A DNA stretch of 27,310 bases. It comes from Candidatus Cloacimonadota bacterium (lineage in GTDB: Bacteria; Cloacimonadota; Cloacimonadia; Cloacimonadales; TCS61). The notes under the pieces are model-generated. The model ran no database searches. It had not been told where the DNA came from and saw nothing but the letters and a program-made list of their open reading frames with translations. Location: the NCBI GenBank assembly GCA_030628755.1, contig DAOVQH010000001.1, forward strand, positions 1 to 27,310, in the 5' to 3' direction. Below, piece by piece: positions 15,384 through 23,942 of this stretch (positions are counted from its first letter, which is position 1; every line of letters starts with the position of its first letter). Made by a program: the position numbers and the translations under genes.

Positions 15384-16397
15384 TTATATAACTCTTTTAA
15401 ATTTAACTTTCTTTTTAAATATAATAAGTGATTCGATTATCAAAAGCAACAAAGCTGCAATTACAAAATATTTGTATTGTTCTTTATAACGAACGAATTC
15501 TCTGGAATCGAATTTCTTTTTTTCAATGGCATTTATATTCTTCATAATTTCGAAGATCTCTGACTGTTGAGGTGTAATAGGGAAGAACCTGCCATTACCT
15601 ATTTTTGCGATGCGGGTCAACGTGTTGATATCAAGTTTCGTAAAAATTATATCTCCTTTATCGTCTTTAGCATAAACCACATTGCCGGTTGCTTCCTTAA
15701 TTGGTATAGTGCTTCCTTCAGGGGAGCCGATACCCAGGGTATAGATTATTGCATTCTGTTTTGCTGCTTCATTAGCGATTTTAATGGCGTTTTCTTCTAA
15801 ATCTTCTCCATCACTTACTACAATTATGACTTTATGTTTTTCTTCTTTCTTAAAAAGAGTGACAGCATTTGAAATTGCTCCACCGATATCCGTACCATAA
15901 GAGGGGACAGTTTCCGTATCGAGTAAATTTAGAAACAACTTTGCTGCACCGTAATCATTTGTAAGAGGGCATTGTACAAAGCTTTTGCCAGCAAAAGCAA
16001 TTATGGCAATCCTGTCTCCTTTAAGCTGATCGATAAAAAGCGATATCTGGTCTTTTGCTCTATCGATGCGGCTGGGTTTGATGTCCTGTGCATCCATACT
16101 TTTTGAGACATCGATGCAGACAACGATATCAATTCCTTCTTTTCTCACTATTTGAACTTCTTTATTCCAGCGTGGTCTGGCTATGGCAATGATCAAAAAG
16201 AATATCGCAAAGATAAAAATCACATTTTTCAGAGACCAGTGAAATGTGGAAAATTCCTGCATGTAATATTCATAGAACTTACTCTCTGCAAACTTTTCAA
16301 AGTTCTTTTTCCGCTTGTGATTAGCAATCCCGAGATAAACAAGAAAAATCGGAATTAACAGTAAAAGAAATAATAAATATGGATTTCCCCATTGCAT
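15384..16397 (-). CDS. batB: BatB-like von Willebrand A domain membrane protein
   Basis: N-terminal WGNP BatA-like TM segment, ARPRW, MIDAS DVSKSM, SDGED, C-terminal TM helix. Confidence 0.88.
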   Translation of the reverse strand: MQWGNPYLLFLLLLIPIFLVYLGIANHKRKKNFEKFAESKFYEYYMQEFSTFHWSLKNVIFIFAIFFLIIAIARPRWNKEVQIVRKEGIDIVVCIDVSKSMDAQDIKPSRIDRAKDQISLFIDQLKGDRIAIIAFAGKSFVQCPLTNDYGAAKLFLNLLDTETVPSYGTDIGGAISNAVTLFKKEEKHKVIIVVSDGEDLEENAIKIANEAAKQNAIIYTLGIGSPEGSTIPIKEATGNVVYAKDDKGDIIFTKLDINTLTRIAKIGNGRFFPITPQQSEIFEIMKNINAIEKKKFDSREFVRYKEQYKYFVIAALLLLIIESLIIFKKKVKFKRVI

Positions 16398-16442
16398 TAA
16401 AATCTCCGATCACATTTTTTTTGATAATAACATTTCGTTATG

Positions 16443-16493
16443 GTCATTCCCGACTTGCCTGCTCTGTTGAATAATGAGGTTCGGGAATCTATT
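16443..16493. repeat. GTCATTCCC...GGGAATCTATT palindrome with a 22-bp insert in its loop
   Basis: Removing 16458-16479 gives a 29-mer that is 25/29 identical to 3657-3685. Confidence 0.75.
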
Positions 16494-16554
16494 GTTGTTT
16501 ATGGAATGACATTTTAAATTTTTCATTTTATTCTTCCTTTTAATTTCACAAACC

Positions 16555-16725
16555 AAGGGTTCTGCAAAATAAAGTGTTTGTCATCCTGAAGAATTCTACT
16601 TGCTGTTGCCTTGAAGGATCTCCGCTTATAATGAGACTGTGTCCGGCTCAGACGGATTCTTCGAAGGTTTGCCTTTGTAAGTTTTCCTCAGAAAGACATA
16701 TATTTTCCTATTTTGCAGAACTCCT
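16555..16725. mobile_element. Putative 171-bp MITE with 17-bp imperfect TIRs and an 11-bp target-site duplication
   Basis: Left TIR aagggttctgcaaaata (16555-16571) matches the reverse complement of 16709-16725 (aggagttctgcaaaata) at 15/17. Identical tttcacaaacc flanks both ends (16544-16554, 16726-16736). No coding capacity. Confidence 0.75.
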
Positions 16726-16726
16726 T

Positions 16727-16752
16727 TTCACAAACCTGAGGTTTGTGTTACA
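16727..16752. repeat. TTCACAAACC-TGA-GGTTTGTG-TTACA palindromic element (MITE target)
   Basis: Inverted arms cacaaacc/ggtttgtg. The same flanks (ttcacaaac, tttgtgttaca) occur at 7086-7133. Confidence 0.75.
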
Positions 16753-17742
16753 TCACGGTATTTCCTTCCTTATCACGATTCTAAAAGTAAATTCTAATAA
16801 AATTATCACAAAAGCAAAAATTAAATATCTCCAGAAAAGTTCCTGGTAGATAAAGTAATCATTAATCTTCAATTCTGTTTTTTCCAGTTTGTCAATATAT
16901 TCGATGATAGCTTTTAATTCTTCTGTATTTGTAGCTAATCTTGCTTTTTCTGTTCCTGTCATTTTGGCAATTTTATTCAAAGTTTCCATATCAATATCGA
17001 TTTTAACCTTTTGATATCGTATTCCAAATTGTGTTTGAAACGGGTAATCAACCAAACCTTTACTACCAACTCCGACTGTGTAGACCTTAACCCCGAATGT
17101 GGTTGCAAGCTCTGCTGCGGTAAAAGGATCGATTTCACCAGCATTATTTCGTCCATCTGTTATCAGAATAATTACTTTTGACTTAGCTTCGGAATCTTTA
17201 AGACGGGCAACAGCTGTAGCAAGCCCCATCCCAATAGCAGTTCCGCTGGCATCTTCGTTGATTTTCATCTCTTGCATAATTAACATCAGGATGTTATAAT
17301 CCAGTGTTAAAGGGCATTGAGTATATGCATTCTCGGAAAAAACAATTAGACCAATTCTATCGTTCCGACGGTGATCTATGAAATCGATAGCTACTTTTTT
17401 TGCGGCTTCCAGACGGTTTTTTGGTTTGAAGTCTATCGCTTTCATACTACCACTCACATCGATGGCAAGGATAATATCAATACCCTTTCCTGTGATCTGT
17501 TGCCTTTTATGCGAAAATCTTGGACGAGCCAGAGCAATAACTAAAAGAACAATCACAAGCGTTCTCAAAACTACAGGAATAAATTTTAAAATGCTGCTTT
17601 GCCCTGCGACTTCCTTTAATAAATCTACTCTGCTGTGTATCAGGCGAACTCTCTTTTTTCGCTTGATTATTAACTCAAAAAGAATATATGGAATTAAAAT
17701 CAGGAAAACCCAAAACCAGTTTGGATAAACAAACTCAAGCAT
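16753..17742 (-). CDS. batA: BatA-like von Willebrand A domain protein
   Basis: Start corrected to ATG 17742 (MLEFVYPNW, GGAGG RBS). LARP, MIDAS DVSGSM, TAIGMGLATA, LITDGRNN. Confidence 0.9.
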   Translation of the reverse strand: MLEFVYPNWFWVFLILIPYILFELIIKRKKRVRLIHSRVDLLKEVAGQSSILKFIPVVLRTLVIVLLVIALARPRFSHKRQQITGKGIDIILAIDVSGSMKAIDFKPKNRLEAAKKVAIDFIDHRRNDRIGLIVFSENAYTQCPLTLDYNILMLIMQEMKINEDASGTAIGMGLATAVARLKDSEAKSKVIILITDGRNNAGEIDPFTAAELATTFGVKVYTVGVGSKGLVDYPFQTQFGIRYQKVKIDIDMETLNKIAKMTGTEKARLATNTEELKAIIEYIDKLEKTELKINDYFIYQELFWRYLIFAFVIILLEFTFRIVIRKEIP

Positions 17743-18658
17743 TTTTATCCTCCTTGGTTTCGGTTTCCTTTTCAAAAGATCTGAGATAATTCTCCAGCCA
17801 CAACAATGATTCTTCGGATTCTTTCGTTTTAGGTATAAATTTCGCAAATTTGACTTTGTCTGTAAATGTTAGGAAATCGAGAATCTGTGTTTTTTCTTTG
17901 AAATTTTCAAGCTGGAGGTTTTCTCTAATTTCATTTGTTGTCATTTCAACAGCATTTATTCTGTAATGAAGTTCAATGAAAAGCCTTAAAATAAAGGAGA
18001 GTTGATAATAGAAAATCAGGAAGTCACCCTTTTCAAGCAGTTTATCATTCTTAAGTTTTTCCAGAAGTTCCAGTGCAATTTGATGTGGAGGTCGCTTATC
18101 TATAATTTCAGGAACTATTGCTTTTTTGGGCTTTTTCTTCAATAATTTTATTAAATATTTAATTATAATAATGATAAGAAGGAGAGCAATTATCGGTAAG
18201 AAATAATCCCAGAAACCCAGGTTCAGTTTTAATGGTTTTGCAATATCTTTTATGGTTTCCGAACTATCTGTGAGAACTGATTCAACATGTAAGATGAATT
18301 CTGAGGTTCTAAGAAAAGATAAACTATCACCGGTTTTAACAGCAAATTCAAGTTCAGGGAAAGTGAATTCCCCAGTATCGAATGGTTGGAAAGTGTAATC
18401 TAATTTAGTGATTTTATGTTCTTTTTCTATTTCCTCGCTGGATTTTATATCTTTTAAAATGAAAATATCAAGAGTATCGATTTCAGGTGCGAAAATGCTG
18501 TCTGCAGGATTTGTTGTGATATCGATAAGAACATGGAAAGGTGTGCCGAGATAAAGTTTTTCAGGCTTTTCTAATTTGTGCACGATTTGCTGAGCAAACC
18601 CCATAATTGGAAGTGATAGTAAAAGTATAATTAACAATACAACTTTATTTCTATTCAT
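17735..18658 (-). CDS. Bat-operon-associated membrane protein (N-terminal Ig-like domain, TM helix, C-terminal helical domain)
   Basis: Signal peptide, QPFDTGEFTFP, central TM, EMTTNEI and DKVKFAKF motifs. Located between DUF58 and batA and overlaps the batA start. Confidence 0.8.
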   Translation of the reverse strand: MNRNKVVLLIILLLSLPIMGFAQQIVHKLEKPEKLYLGTPFHVLIDITTNPADSIFAPEIDTLDIFILKDIKSSEEIEKEHKITKLDYTFQPFDTGEFTFPELEFAVKTGDSLSFLRTSEFILHVESVLTDSSETIKDIAKPLKLNLGFWDYFLPIIALLLIIIIIKYLIKLLKKKPKKAIVPEIIDKRPPHQIALELLEKLKNDKLLEKGDFLIFYYQLSFILRLFIELHYRINAVEMTTNEIRENLQLENFKEKTQILDFLTFTDKVKFAKFIPKTKESEESLLWLENYLRSFEKETETKEDKNA

Positions 18659-18698
18659 TTTTTAATTTTCATTGTTTTTCATAAACAAGATGTTTGCG

Positions 18699-19583
18699 TT
18701 ATCTTTGGCTTTTCATTCTTATCCTGAATTTGAAAAACTTCATGAGTTCAGGCACATATGGTTTATCAGTTTGCAGATTTACTAAATCCACTTTTATTTT
18801 TCTAAAACGTTCTTTTAATTCATTTTCCTGCTTTTGAACAGCCTTTACGTATTTTTCTCGAATTGTTTTATTTGAAGAATTCACACTGAAAAAATCATTT
18901 GTTTCAGGGTCTCTCAAATGTAGTAAACCAGCGTTTGGTAGTTCGCTCTCAGATTGATCAATAATTCGTAAGGCAATAACATCGTGTTTTTTGGCAAGAA
19001 GCTTTAAACTTTCTTCGTAGTCTTCATCAAGGAAATCGGAAATGATAAAGATAATACTTCGTTTTTTTATCAACCTGTAAATATATTCAACTGCTTTTTT
19101 TATGTTTGTTTTTGCACTTTTGGGTTCGAAGTAAAGGATATCCCGAAGAATTCTCAGGGCAGATTTCTTTCCTTTCCTGGGTGGAATATATTTTTCAACT
19201 TCATCTGTGAAAAGAAGTAATCCTACTTTATCGTTGTTAGAAAGAGCAGAAAAAGAAAGAACAGCTGTAATCTCAGTGATGAATTCAGATTTTAAGTAAC
19301 TTCTGGTTCCAAATAGGGTAGAGGCACTGCTGTCCACAAGAAACATTACATTTAATTCTCGAGTTTCTTCAAACTTCTTTATATAAGGATAACCATACCG
19401 TGCTGTTACATTCCAATCTATCTGTTTGAAACTATCACCGGTTTGATATTCCCGTACTTCAGAGAATTCCAATCCCTGTCCTTTAAAAAGGCTGTGATAT
19501 TCTCCTGAAAAGAGCTCATTTACAATATTTCTAGTTGTAATCTCTATCTTTCTTATTCTTTTTAATATATCTGCTGTTTCCAT
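18699..19583 (-). CDS. DUF58 family protein (MoxR-associated, vWA-like)
   Basis: GEYHSLFKGQGLEFSEVREYQTGD, IDWNVTAR, FEETRE, ISDFLD. Start corrected to ATG 19583 (AGGTGG RBS). Confidence 0.93.
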   Translation of the reverse strand: METADILKRIRKIEITTRNIVNELFSGEYHSLFKGQGLEFSEVREYQTGDSFKQIDWNVTARYGYPYIKKFEETRELNVMFLVDSSASTLFGTRSYLKSEFITEITAVLSFSALSNNDKVGLLLFTDEVEKYIPPRKGKKSALRILRDILYFEPKSAKTNIKKAVEYIYRLIKKRSIIFIISDFLDEDYEESLKLLAKKHDVIALRIIDQSESELPNAGLLHLRDPETNDFFSVNSSNKTIREKYVKAVQKQENELKERFRKIKVDLVNLQTDKPYVPELMKFFKFRIRMKSQR

Positions 19584-19640
19584 TTTTGAGCCACCTGACT
19601 TCTCCTTCAACCGCCAGATACTGCAAGGCAAGCGAATTAA

Positions 19641-19701
19641 CCCCTTTAGAAATCCTTATAATTTTTATCAACCCCGTATTTATCTAATTATCTAACGGGG
19701 T
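19641..19701. repeat. CCCC(G)TTAGA...TCTAACGGGGT palindromic element with an internal second ACCCCGT arm
   Basis: cccctttaga (19641-19650) vs tctaacgggg (19691-19700) 9/10. accccgt (19671-19677) vs acggggt (19695-19701) 7/7. Confidence 0.55.
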
Positions 19702-19712
19702 GAACACAAAAA

Positions 19713-19755
19713 AGACTCGAGTTCAGAGGAGTGTAACGAAACTGGACTTGAGTCT
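19713..19755. repeat. 14-bp-stem inverted repeat in the moxR-DUF58 spacer
   Basis: agactcgagttcag-N15-ctggacttgagtct. 12 Watson-Crick pairs plus 2 G-U pairs on the + strand. Confidence 0.7.
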
Positions 19756-19857
19756 GATGACTTTTCATTCTGAACTAAGGATATAAGGTCCAGTCCAATT
19801 ACATTCATTTTTTGACTCTTTATTTTTTTAATATTCAATATTCAATTTTCAATCTTT

Positions 19858-20844
19858 TTATGGTACTTCAATTTCATCAAAGAGTTTGTTGACTATATCT
19901 TCTTGTGTTATCTGCTCAGCTTCTGCTTCATAAGTAAGAATTATCCTATGACGAAGTATATCCTTCCCGATCGCTTTGATGTCATCAGGTGTAACATAAC
20001 CACGATGATACAGGAAAGCATGTGCTTTTGCTGCTTGAGCAAGATAAATTGAAGCTCTTGGTGAAGCTCCATATTCAATCAAGTCAGCAAGTTCTTCCAG
20101 GTTCTTGAATTTCTGTGGCTCTCTTGTTGCAAAAACAAGATTGAGAATGTAATCTTTGATTTTTGATTCCATATAGATATCTTTGATTAATTCACGTATT
20201 TGAAGAATGTCGTTTGGTTTTACAACAGCTTTGGTGGTTATTTCATCGTTAGGAACCATCTTATCCATTATTTGTAGTTCTTCTTCACGGTTGGGGTAAT
20301 CAATTAGAAGTTTAAGCATAAAACGGTCAATCTGAGCTTCAGGAAGTGGGTATGTCCCTTCCTGTTCTATTGGATTTTGAGTAGCCATGACTAAAAAAGG
20401 TTTTGGAAGTGGGTAAGTAGTATCACCTATGGTTACCTGTCTTTCCTGCATAGATTCCAGAAGAGCTGATTGAACTTTAGCAGGTGCACGGTTTATCTCG
20501 TCTGCTAGTATAAAGTTGGCAAAAAGAGGTCCCTTTTTTGGTAAGAATTCGCTGGTTTTCTGGTTGTAGATGAGTGTTCCAATCAAATCTGCAGGAAGCA
20601 GGTCTGGAGTAAATTGGATTCTTTTAAAACTTGCACTAATCGTATTTGCAGTAGTATGAACCATCAATGTTTTAGCGAGACCGGGAACACCTTCCAAAAG
20701 GATATGTCCATCAGCTAAGAGACCCACTAATATACGTTTTACAATGTATTGCTGACCTACAATAACCTTTTCGATTTCTTTGGTTATTTTATCAATCACT
20801 TCACTTTTTTCTATTACTTTCTGATTTATTTCCCCAATTTTCAT
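19858..20844 (-). CDS. moxR: MoxR family AAA+ ATPase
   Basis: Walker A GVPGLAKT, RIQFTPDLLPAD, Walker B ILADEINR, ATQNPIEQEGTYPLPEAQIDRF. Start corrected to ATG 20844 (GGAGG RBS). Confidence 0.96.
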   Translation of the reverse strand: MKIGEINQKVIEKSEVIDKITKEIEKVIVGQQYIVKRILVGLLADGHILLEGVPGLAKTLMVHTTANTISASFKRIQFTPDLLPADLIGTLIYNQKTSEFLPKKGPLFANFILADEINRAPAKVQSALLESMQERQVTIGDTTYPLPKPFLVMATQNPIEQEGTYPLPEAQIDRFMLKLLIDYPNREEELQIMDKMVPNDEITTKAVVKPNDILQIRELIKDIYMESKIKDYILNLVFATREPQKFKNLEELADLIEYGASPRASIYLAQAAKAHAFLYHRGYVTPDDIKAIGKDILRHRIILTYEAEAEQITQEDIVNKLFDEIEVP

Positions 20845-20857
20845 TTTGCCTCCACTT

Positions 20858-21355
20858 CTATTTATTAATAATTTCTTTTCTAAAAACTTTTCCATCAACG
20901 TATTTGAAACAAACAGTAATGGAATCCTTATCAATATCCATTACCACATAAGAAGGTTTGCGACCTTTGTCGGATTTTTTTCTCAGATGTCCGGGGTTAA
21001 TAAAATATGAATTTTTCTGTTTTTCAAAACTACAGGAATGAGTATGACCGAAGAGAAAGAAATCTGCTTCATTTGTAGTGTTTTTAAGATCTTCTATGTT
21101 ATGGATTAATAGGAATTTCCAACCGGAAATTTCAGTTGTTTGAATAGCTTGTAAAGATTTGTTTAAATATCCGGGATGAAAAATACCGGGGATTTTAATT
21201 ATTTCTTTTCCTTCAGTAAGGTCGAAATTCTCATCAAGGTCTTCATAATTATCGCCAAGATGAAAAATGTGGGTAATATTATCCTCGTTAGAGAAGGCTT
21301 TTCTCAATAAGACCTGATTCTTATGAGTATCCGATATAATTATAATTCTTTCCAT
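20858..21355 (-). CDS. YfcE/MJ0936-type metallophosphoesterase
   Basis: IISDTH, HLGD, LLIH, FGHTH, INPG motifs. Confidence 0.88.
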   Translation of the reverse strand: MERIIIISDTHKNQVLLRKAFSNEDNITHIFHLGDNYEDLDENFDLTEGKEIIKIPGIFHPGYLNKSLQAIQTTEISGWKFLLIHNIEDLKNTTNEADFFLFGHTHSCSFEKQKNSYFINPGHLRKKSDKGRKPSYVVMDIDKDSITVCFKYVDGKVFRKEIINK

Positions 21356-21431
21356 TTCAAAACACTCCTATTTTCAAACCATAAAAATATAATACACATT
21401 AACAAATCGGTCTTATAAAACCCTCCTTATA

Positions 21432-21456
21432 TCGTTTGTATTTTGGATATAAACGA
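21432..21456. other. Intergenic hairpin downstream of argS
   Basis: tcgtttgtat-tttgg-atataaacga, 9/10. No U-tract, so it is not called a terminator. Confidence 0.4.
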
Positions 21457-21472
21457 AAATGAACTTAAAAAG

Positions 21473-23125
21473 TTACATTTTTTCTGGAGCGGAGATACCC
21501 ATTAGATTAAGAGCAATTGCAACCACGCTCTTTATTGCAGAAATCAGGTATAACCTGCTTAGACTGAGTTCTTTATGTGTTACATCGATAATTTTATATT
21601 TCGCATAATATCTGTGAAATACACCGGCAAGGTCATGAATGTATCCTGCCAGTCTATGAGGTTCTCTGTGCTCTGCACAGGCTATTAATAAGGAAGGGAA
21701 TTCTAACATCTTTTTAATAATGAATATTTCTTCGTCCTTATTAAGCTTCTTCAAATTCTTTTTATCGAAGTCTTTGAGGGTTAGCTTAGCTTTTTTTGCT
21801 TTTTTTAGAACACTGCAAATCCTGGCATGAGCATATTGACAGTAATAAACGGGATTTTCGCTGGATTTCTTCTTAGCAAGTTCGAGGTCAAAATCCAGAT
21901 GAGCACTTGGTTTTCTGTTGAGGAAAAAGTAGCGAGCAGCATCTTTCCCAACTTCCTGGACAATATTATCCATTGTTACAATTTTACCAGCCCGTTTCGA
22001 CATCTTAACAATCTTACCATGTTTAATGATATTTATATGTTGAAGATAAATAACTTCGAGTTTTTTTATATCATATCCTAATGCTTGGATAGCTGCTCTA
22101 AGTTTGGAAACATGAGCATGATGGTCAGGTCCAAGAACATCTAAGATAATATCAAACCCGCGTTGGTATTTGGTTAGATGATATGCAATATCCGGGACAA
22201 GATAGGTTGGATTCCCATCTGTTTTTATAAGAACACGGTCTTTTTCATCCCCGAAATCAGTAGAAGAGAACCAGATAGCATCATCTTTTTCGTATGTACA
22301 ATTGGCTTCTGCGAGATAACTAAGAGCTTCTTCAAGTATTCCTTCCTGCCTTAGTTTTCGTTCTGACATCCAATTTTCAAAATTCACATCAAACTTTTTC
22401 AAGCTTGCAACTTGCATTTTATGTATTTCTTCTAATGCATAGTTCTTCATTCTTTCTAATCTGTCTTTTTCTGAGATATGGAAAAGTTTGGATCCATCAA
22501 TAATGTTTAAATTGTTAGCTAGGTCTTTAATATATTCACCGTGGTAAGCTTCTGGTGGGAAATCTTCGAATCTTTCACCATGTAGTTCACGATATCTGAG
22601 TTCTAAAGATTCAGCAAGTATATCAACCTGGTTTCCAGCATCATTAATATAGAACTCACGGAATGCTTTATATCCTACAAATTTCATTATACGATATAAT
22701 GAATCTCCATAAGCACCAGCACGGGCACTTACAATATTCAAAGGACCGGTTGGATTGGCACTGATAAATTCGAGAAGAACCTTTTTTTTCTTTCCGTATT
22801 TTGAGGAACCATATTTCTTTTTTACTTTGATAATATCTGCAAGAGCCTTATGATATATACTATTAGCTAATCTGAGATTTATAAAACCCGGTCCAGCAAT
22901 ATTAACTGATTTGTAATTTCTTTTTTTATTAAGTATCTCCGCAAGCTTTTCAGCCATATTGCGGGGTTTCATTTTATTTTTCTTTGCATTCAGAAGTGCT
23001 ACATTGGTAGAAAAATCTCCGTGTTCAATATTATGTGGAACCTCTACAGCAAAGTTCTCATTGAATTTTAAATTTAATTTGTCCAGACTATCTTTAATAT
23101 CGGAAAATATCTTACTTTTTATCAT
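21473..23125 (-). CDS. argS: Arginine--tRNA ligase
   Basis: HGDFSTN, EFISANPTGPL, EFYINDAGNQ, GDEKDRVL, KMSKR, ENPVYYCQYAHAR. Confidence 0.97.
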   Translation of the reverse strand: MIKSKIFSDIKDSLDKLNLKFNENFAVEVPHNIEHGDFSTNVALLNAKKNKMKPRNMAEKLAEILNKKRNYKSVNIAGPGFINLRLANSIYHKALADIIKVKKKYGSSKYGKKKKVLLEFISANPTGPLNIVSARAGAYGDSLYRIMKFVGYKAFREFYINDAGNQVDILAESLELRYRELHGERFEDFPPEAYHGEYIKDLANNLNIIDGSKLFHISEKDRLERMKNYALEEIHKMQVASLKKFDVNFENWMSERKLRQEGILEEALSYLAEANCTYEKDDAIWFSSTDFGDEKDRVLIKTDGNPTYLVPDIAYHLTKYQRGFDIILDVLGPDHHAHVSKLRAAIQALGYDIKKLEVIYLQHINIIKHGKIVKMSKRAGKIVTMDNIVQEVGKDAARYFFLNRKPSAHLDFDLELAKKKSSENPVYYCQYAHARICSVLKKAKKAKLTLKDFDKKNLKKLNKDEEIFIIKKMLEFPSLLIACAEHREPHRLAGYIHDLAGVFHRYYAKYKIIDVTHKELSLSRLYLISAIKSVVAIALNLMGISAPEKM

Positions 23126-23483
23126 CAGCTTTGTCTAATTTCCTTTTCATTTCTGGAGTTATTTTATACAAATCTTCAAGCTTATAATATTTCCTTTTTT
23201 CTTCACTAAAGATATGAACAATAATATCAGCAAAATCCAATAACACCCAGGTTGCATTTTCCATTCCTTCAACAGAAAGAAGCTGTATATTGTTTTCTTT
23301 TGCTTTTTGAATGATATTTTCAGCAATTGCTTTTATGTGTAATTCAGCTGATCCATGACATATTATTATTGAATCTGTAAAATCGGTTTTTCCTTTTACA
23401 TCAATATGAATTAAATCCCCGGATTTCTTATCTGATGCCCACTCTATAATTTTCTTAACTGCTTCGTCGTGTTCTAATTCCAT
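23112..23483 (-). CDS. rsfS: Ribosome silencing factor (Iojap/RsfS)
   Basis: FTDSIIICHG, VEG...WVLLDFADIIVHIF, YYKLEDLY. Confidence 0.93.
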   Translation of the reverse strand: MELEHDEAVKKIIEWASDKKSGDLIHIDVKGKTDFTDSIIICHGSAELHIKAIAENIIQKAKENNIQLLSVEGMENATWVLLDFADIIVHIFSEEKRKYYKLEDLYKITPEMKRKLDKADDKK

Positions 23484-23489
23484 ATTCTC

Positions 23490-23942
23490 CTATTTGAAAT
23501 AATCTTTATAATCTCTTCCTAAAATTATTTGCATATCTTCAATTGTATTGGGATCAAGCGCGAAAATTCTTCTTTTTATACCAGTTATTTTCATTAAATA
23601 TTTTAGTTTTTCTTCATCATCTTTTTTTATTACAATCAACGTCTTCCCATAAATGAACATGTCTCTTTCTACATTTTCCCAGGCAATTATATCCAAATTC
23701 TTAATATTCTTATTTATGAGATGCTCTTTTACATCTTTTGCTGCTCCATTAATACCACACCCATTTAGTATAGATATCTTCAACGAGGTCACTGCAATTT
23801 TATCTTCATTTATATTTGCTTTTTCTCTTTTAAGGAACAAAATAAAAAAAAAGCTTAAAATGATTATCAAGACCGTAATTGTTATTAACAACGCTTTTTT
23901 TTTAATGGAAGACAAATTATTTTTCGAGCTTCTCATTGTCAA
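23490..23942 (-). CDS. Membrane-anchored LytR C-terminal (LytR_C) domain protein
   Basis: N-terminal TM helix, ISILNGCGINGAA, C-terminal IILGRDY. Adjacent to rsfS. Exact start uncertain. Confidence 0.8.
   Translation of the reverse strand: MTMRSSKNNLSSIKKKALLITITVLIIILSFFFILFLKREKANINEDKIAVTSLKISILNGCGINGAAKDVKEHLINKNIKNLDIIAWENVERDMFIYGKTLIVIKKDDEEKLKYLMKITGIKRRIFALDPNTIEDMQIILGRDYKDYFK

Noticed and set aside
15567-17728. Plus-strand ORFs 15567..15800, 16152..16358, 16574..16849, 17099..17299 and 17378..17728
   Set aside because: Antisense to batA/batB. 16574..16849 crosses the MITE but shows no transposase motif.
14486-20934. Long N-terminal extensions in the ORF track for batC, batA, DUF58 and moxR
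   Set aside because: Downstream ATGs have RBS-like sequences and family-typical N-termini; the extensions overlap upstream genes or repeats.
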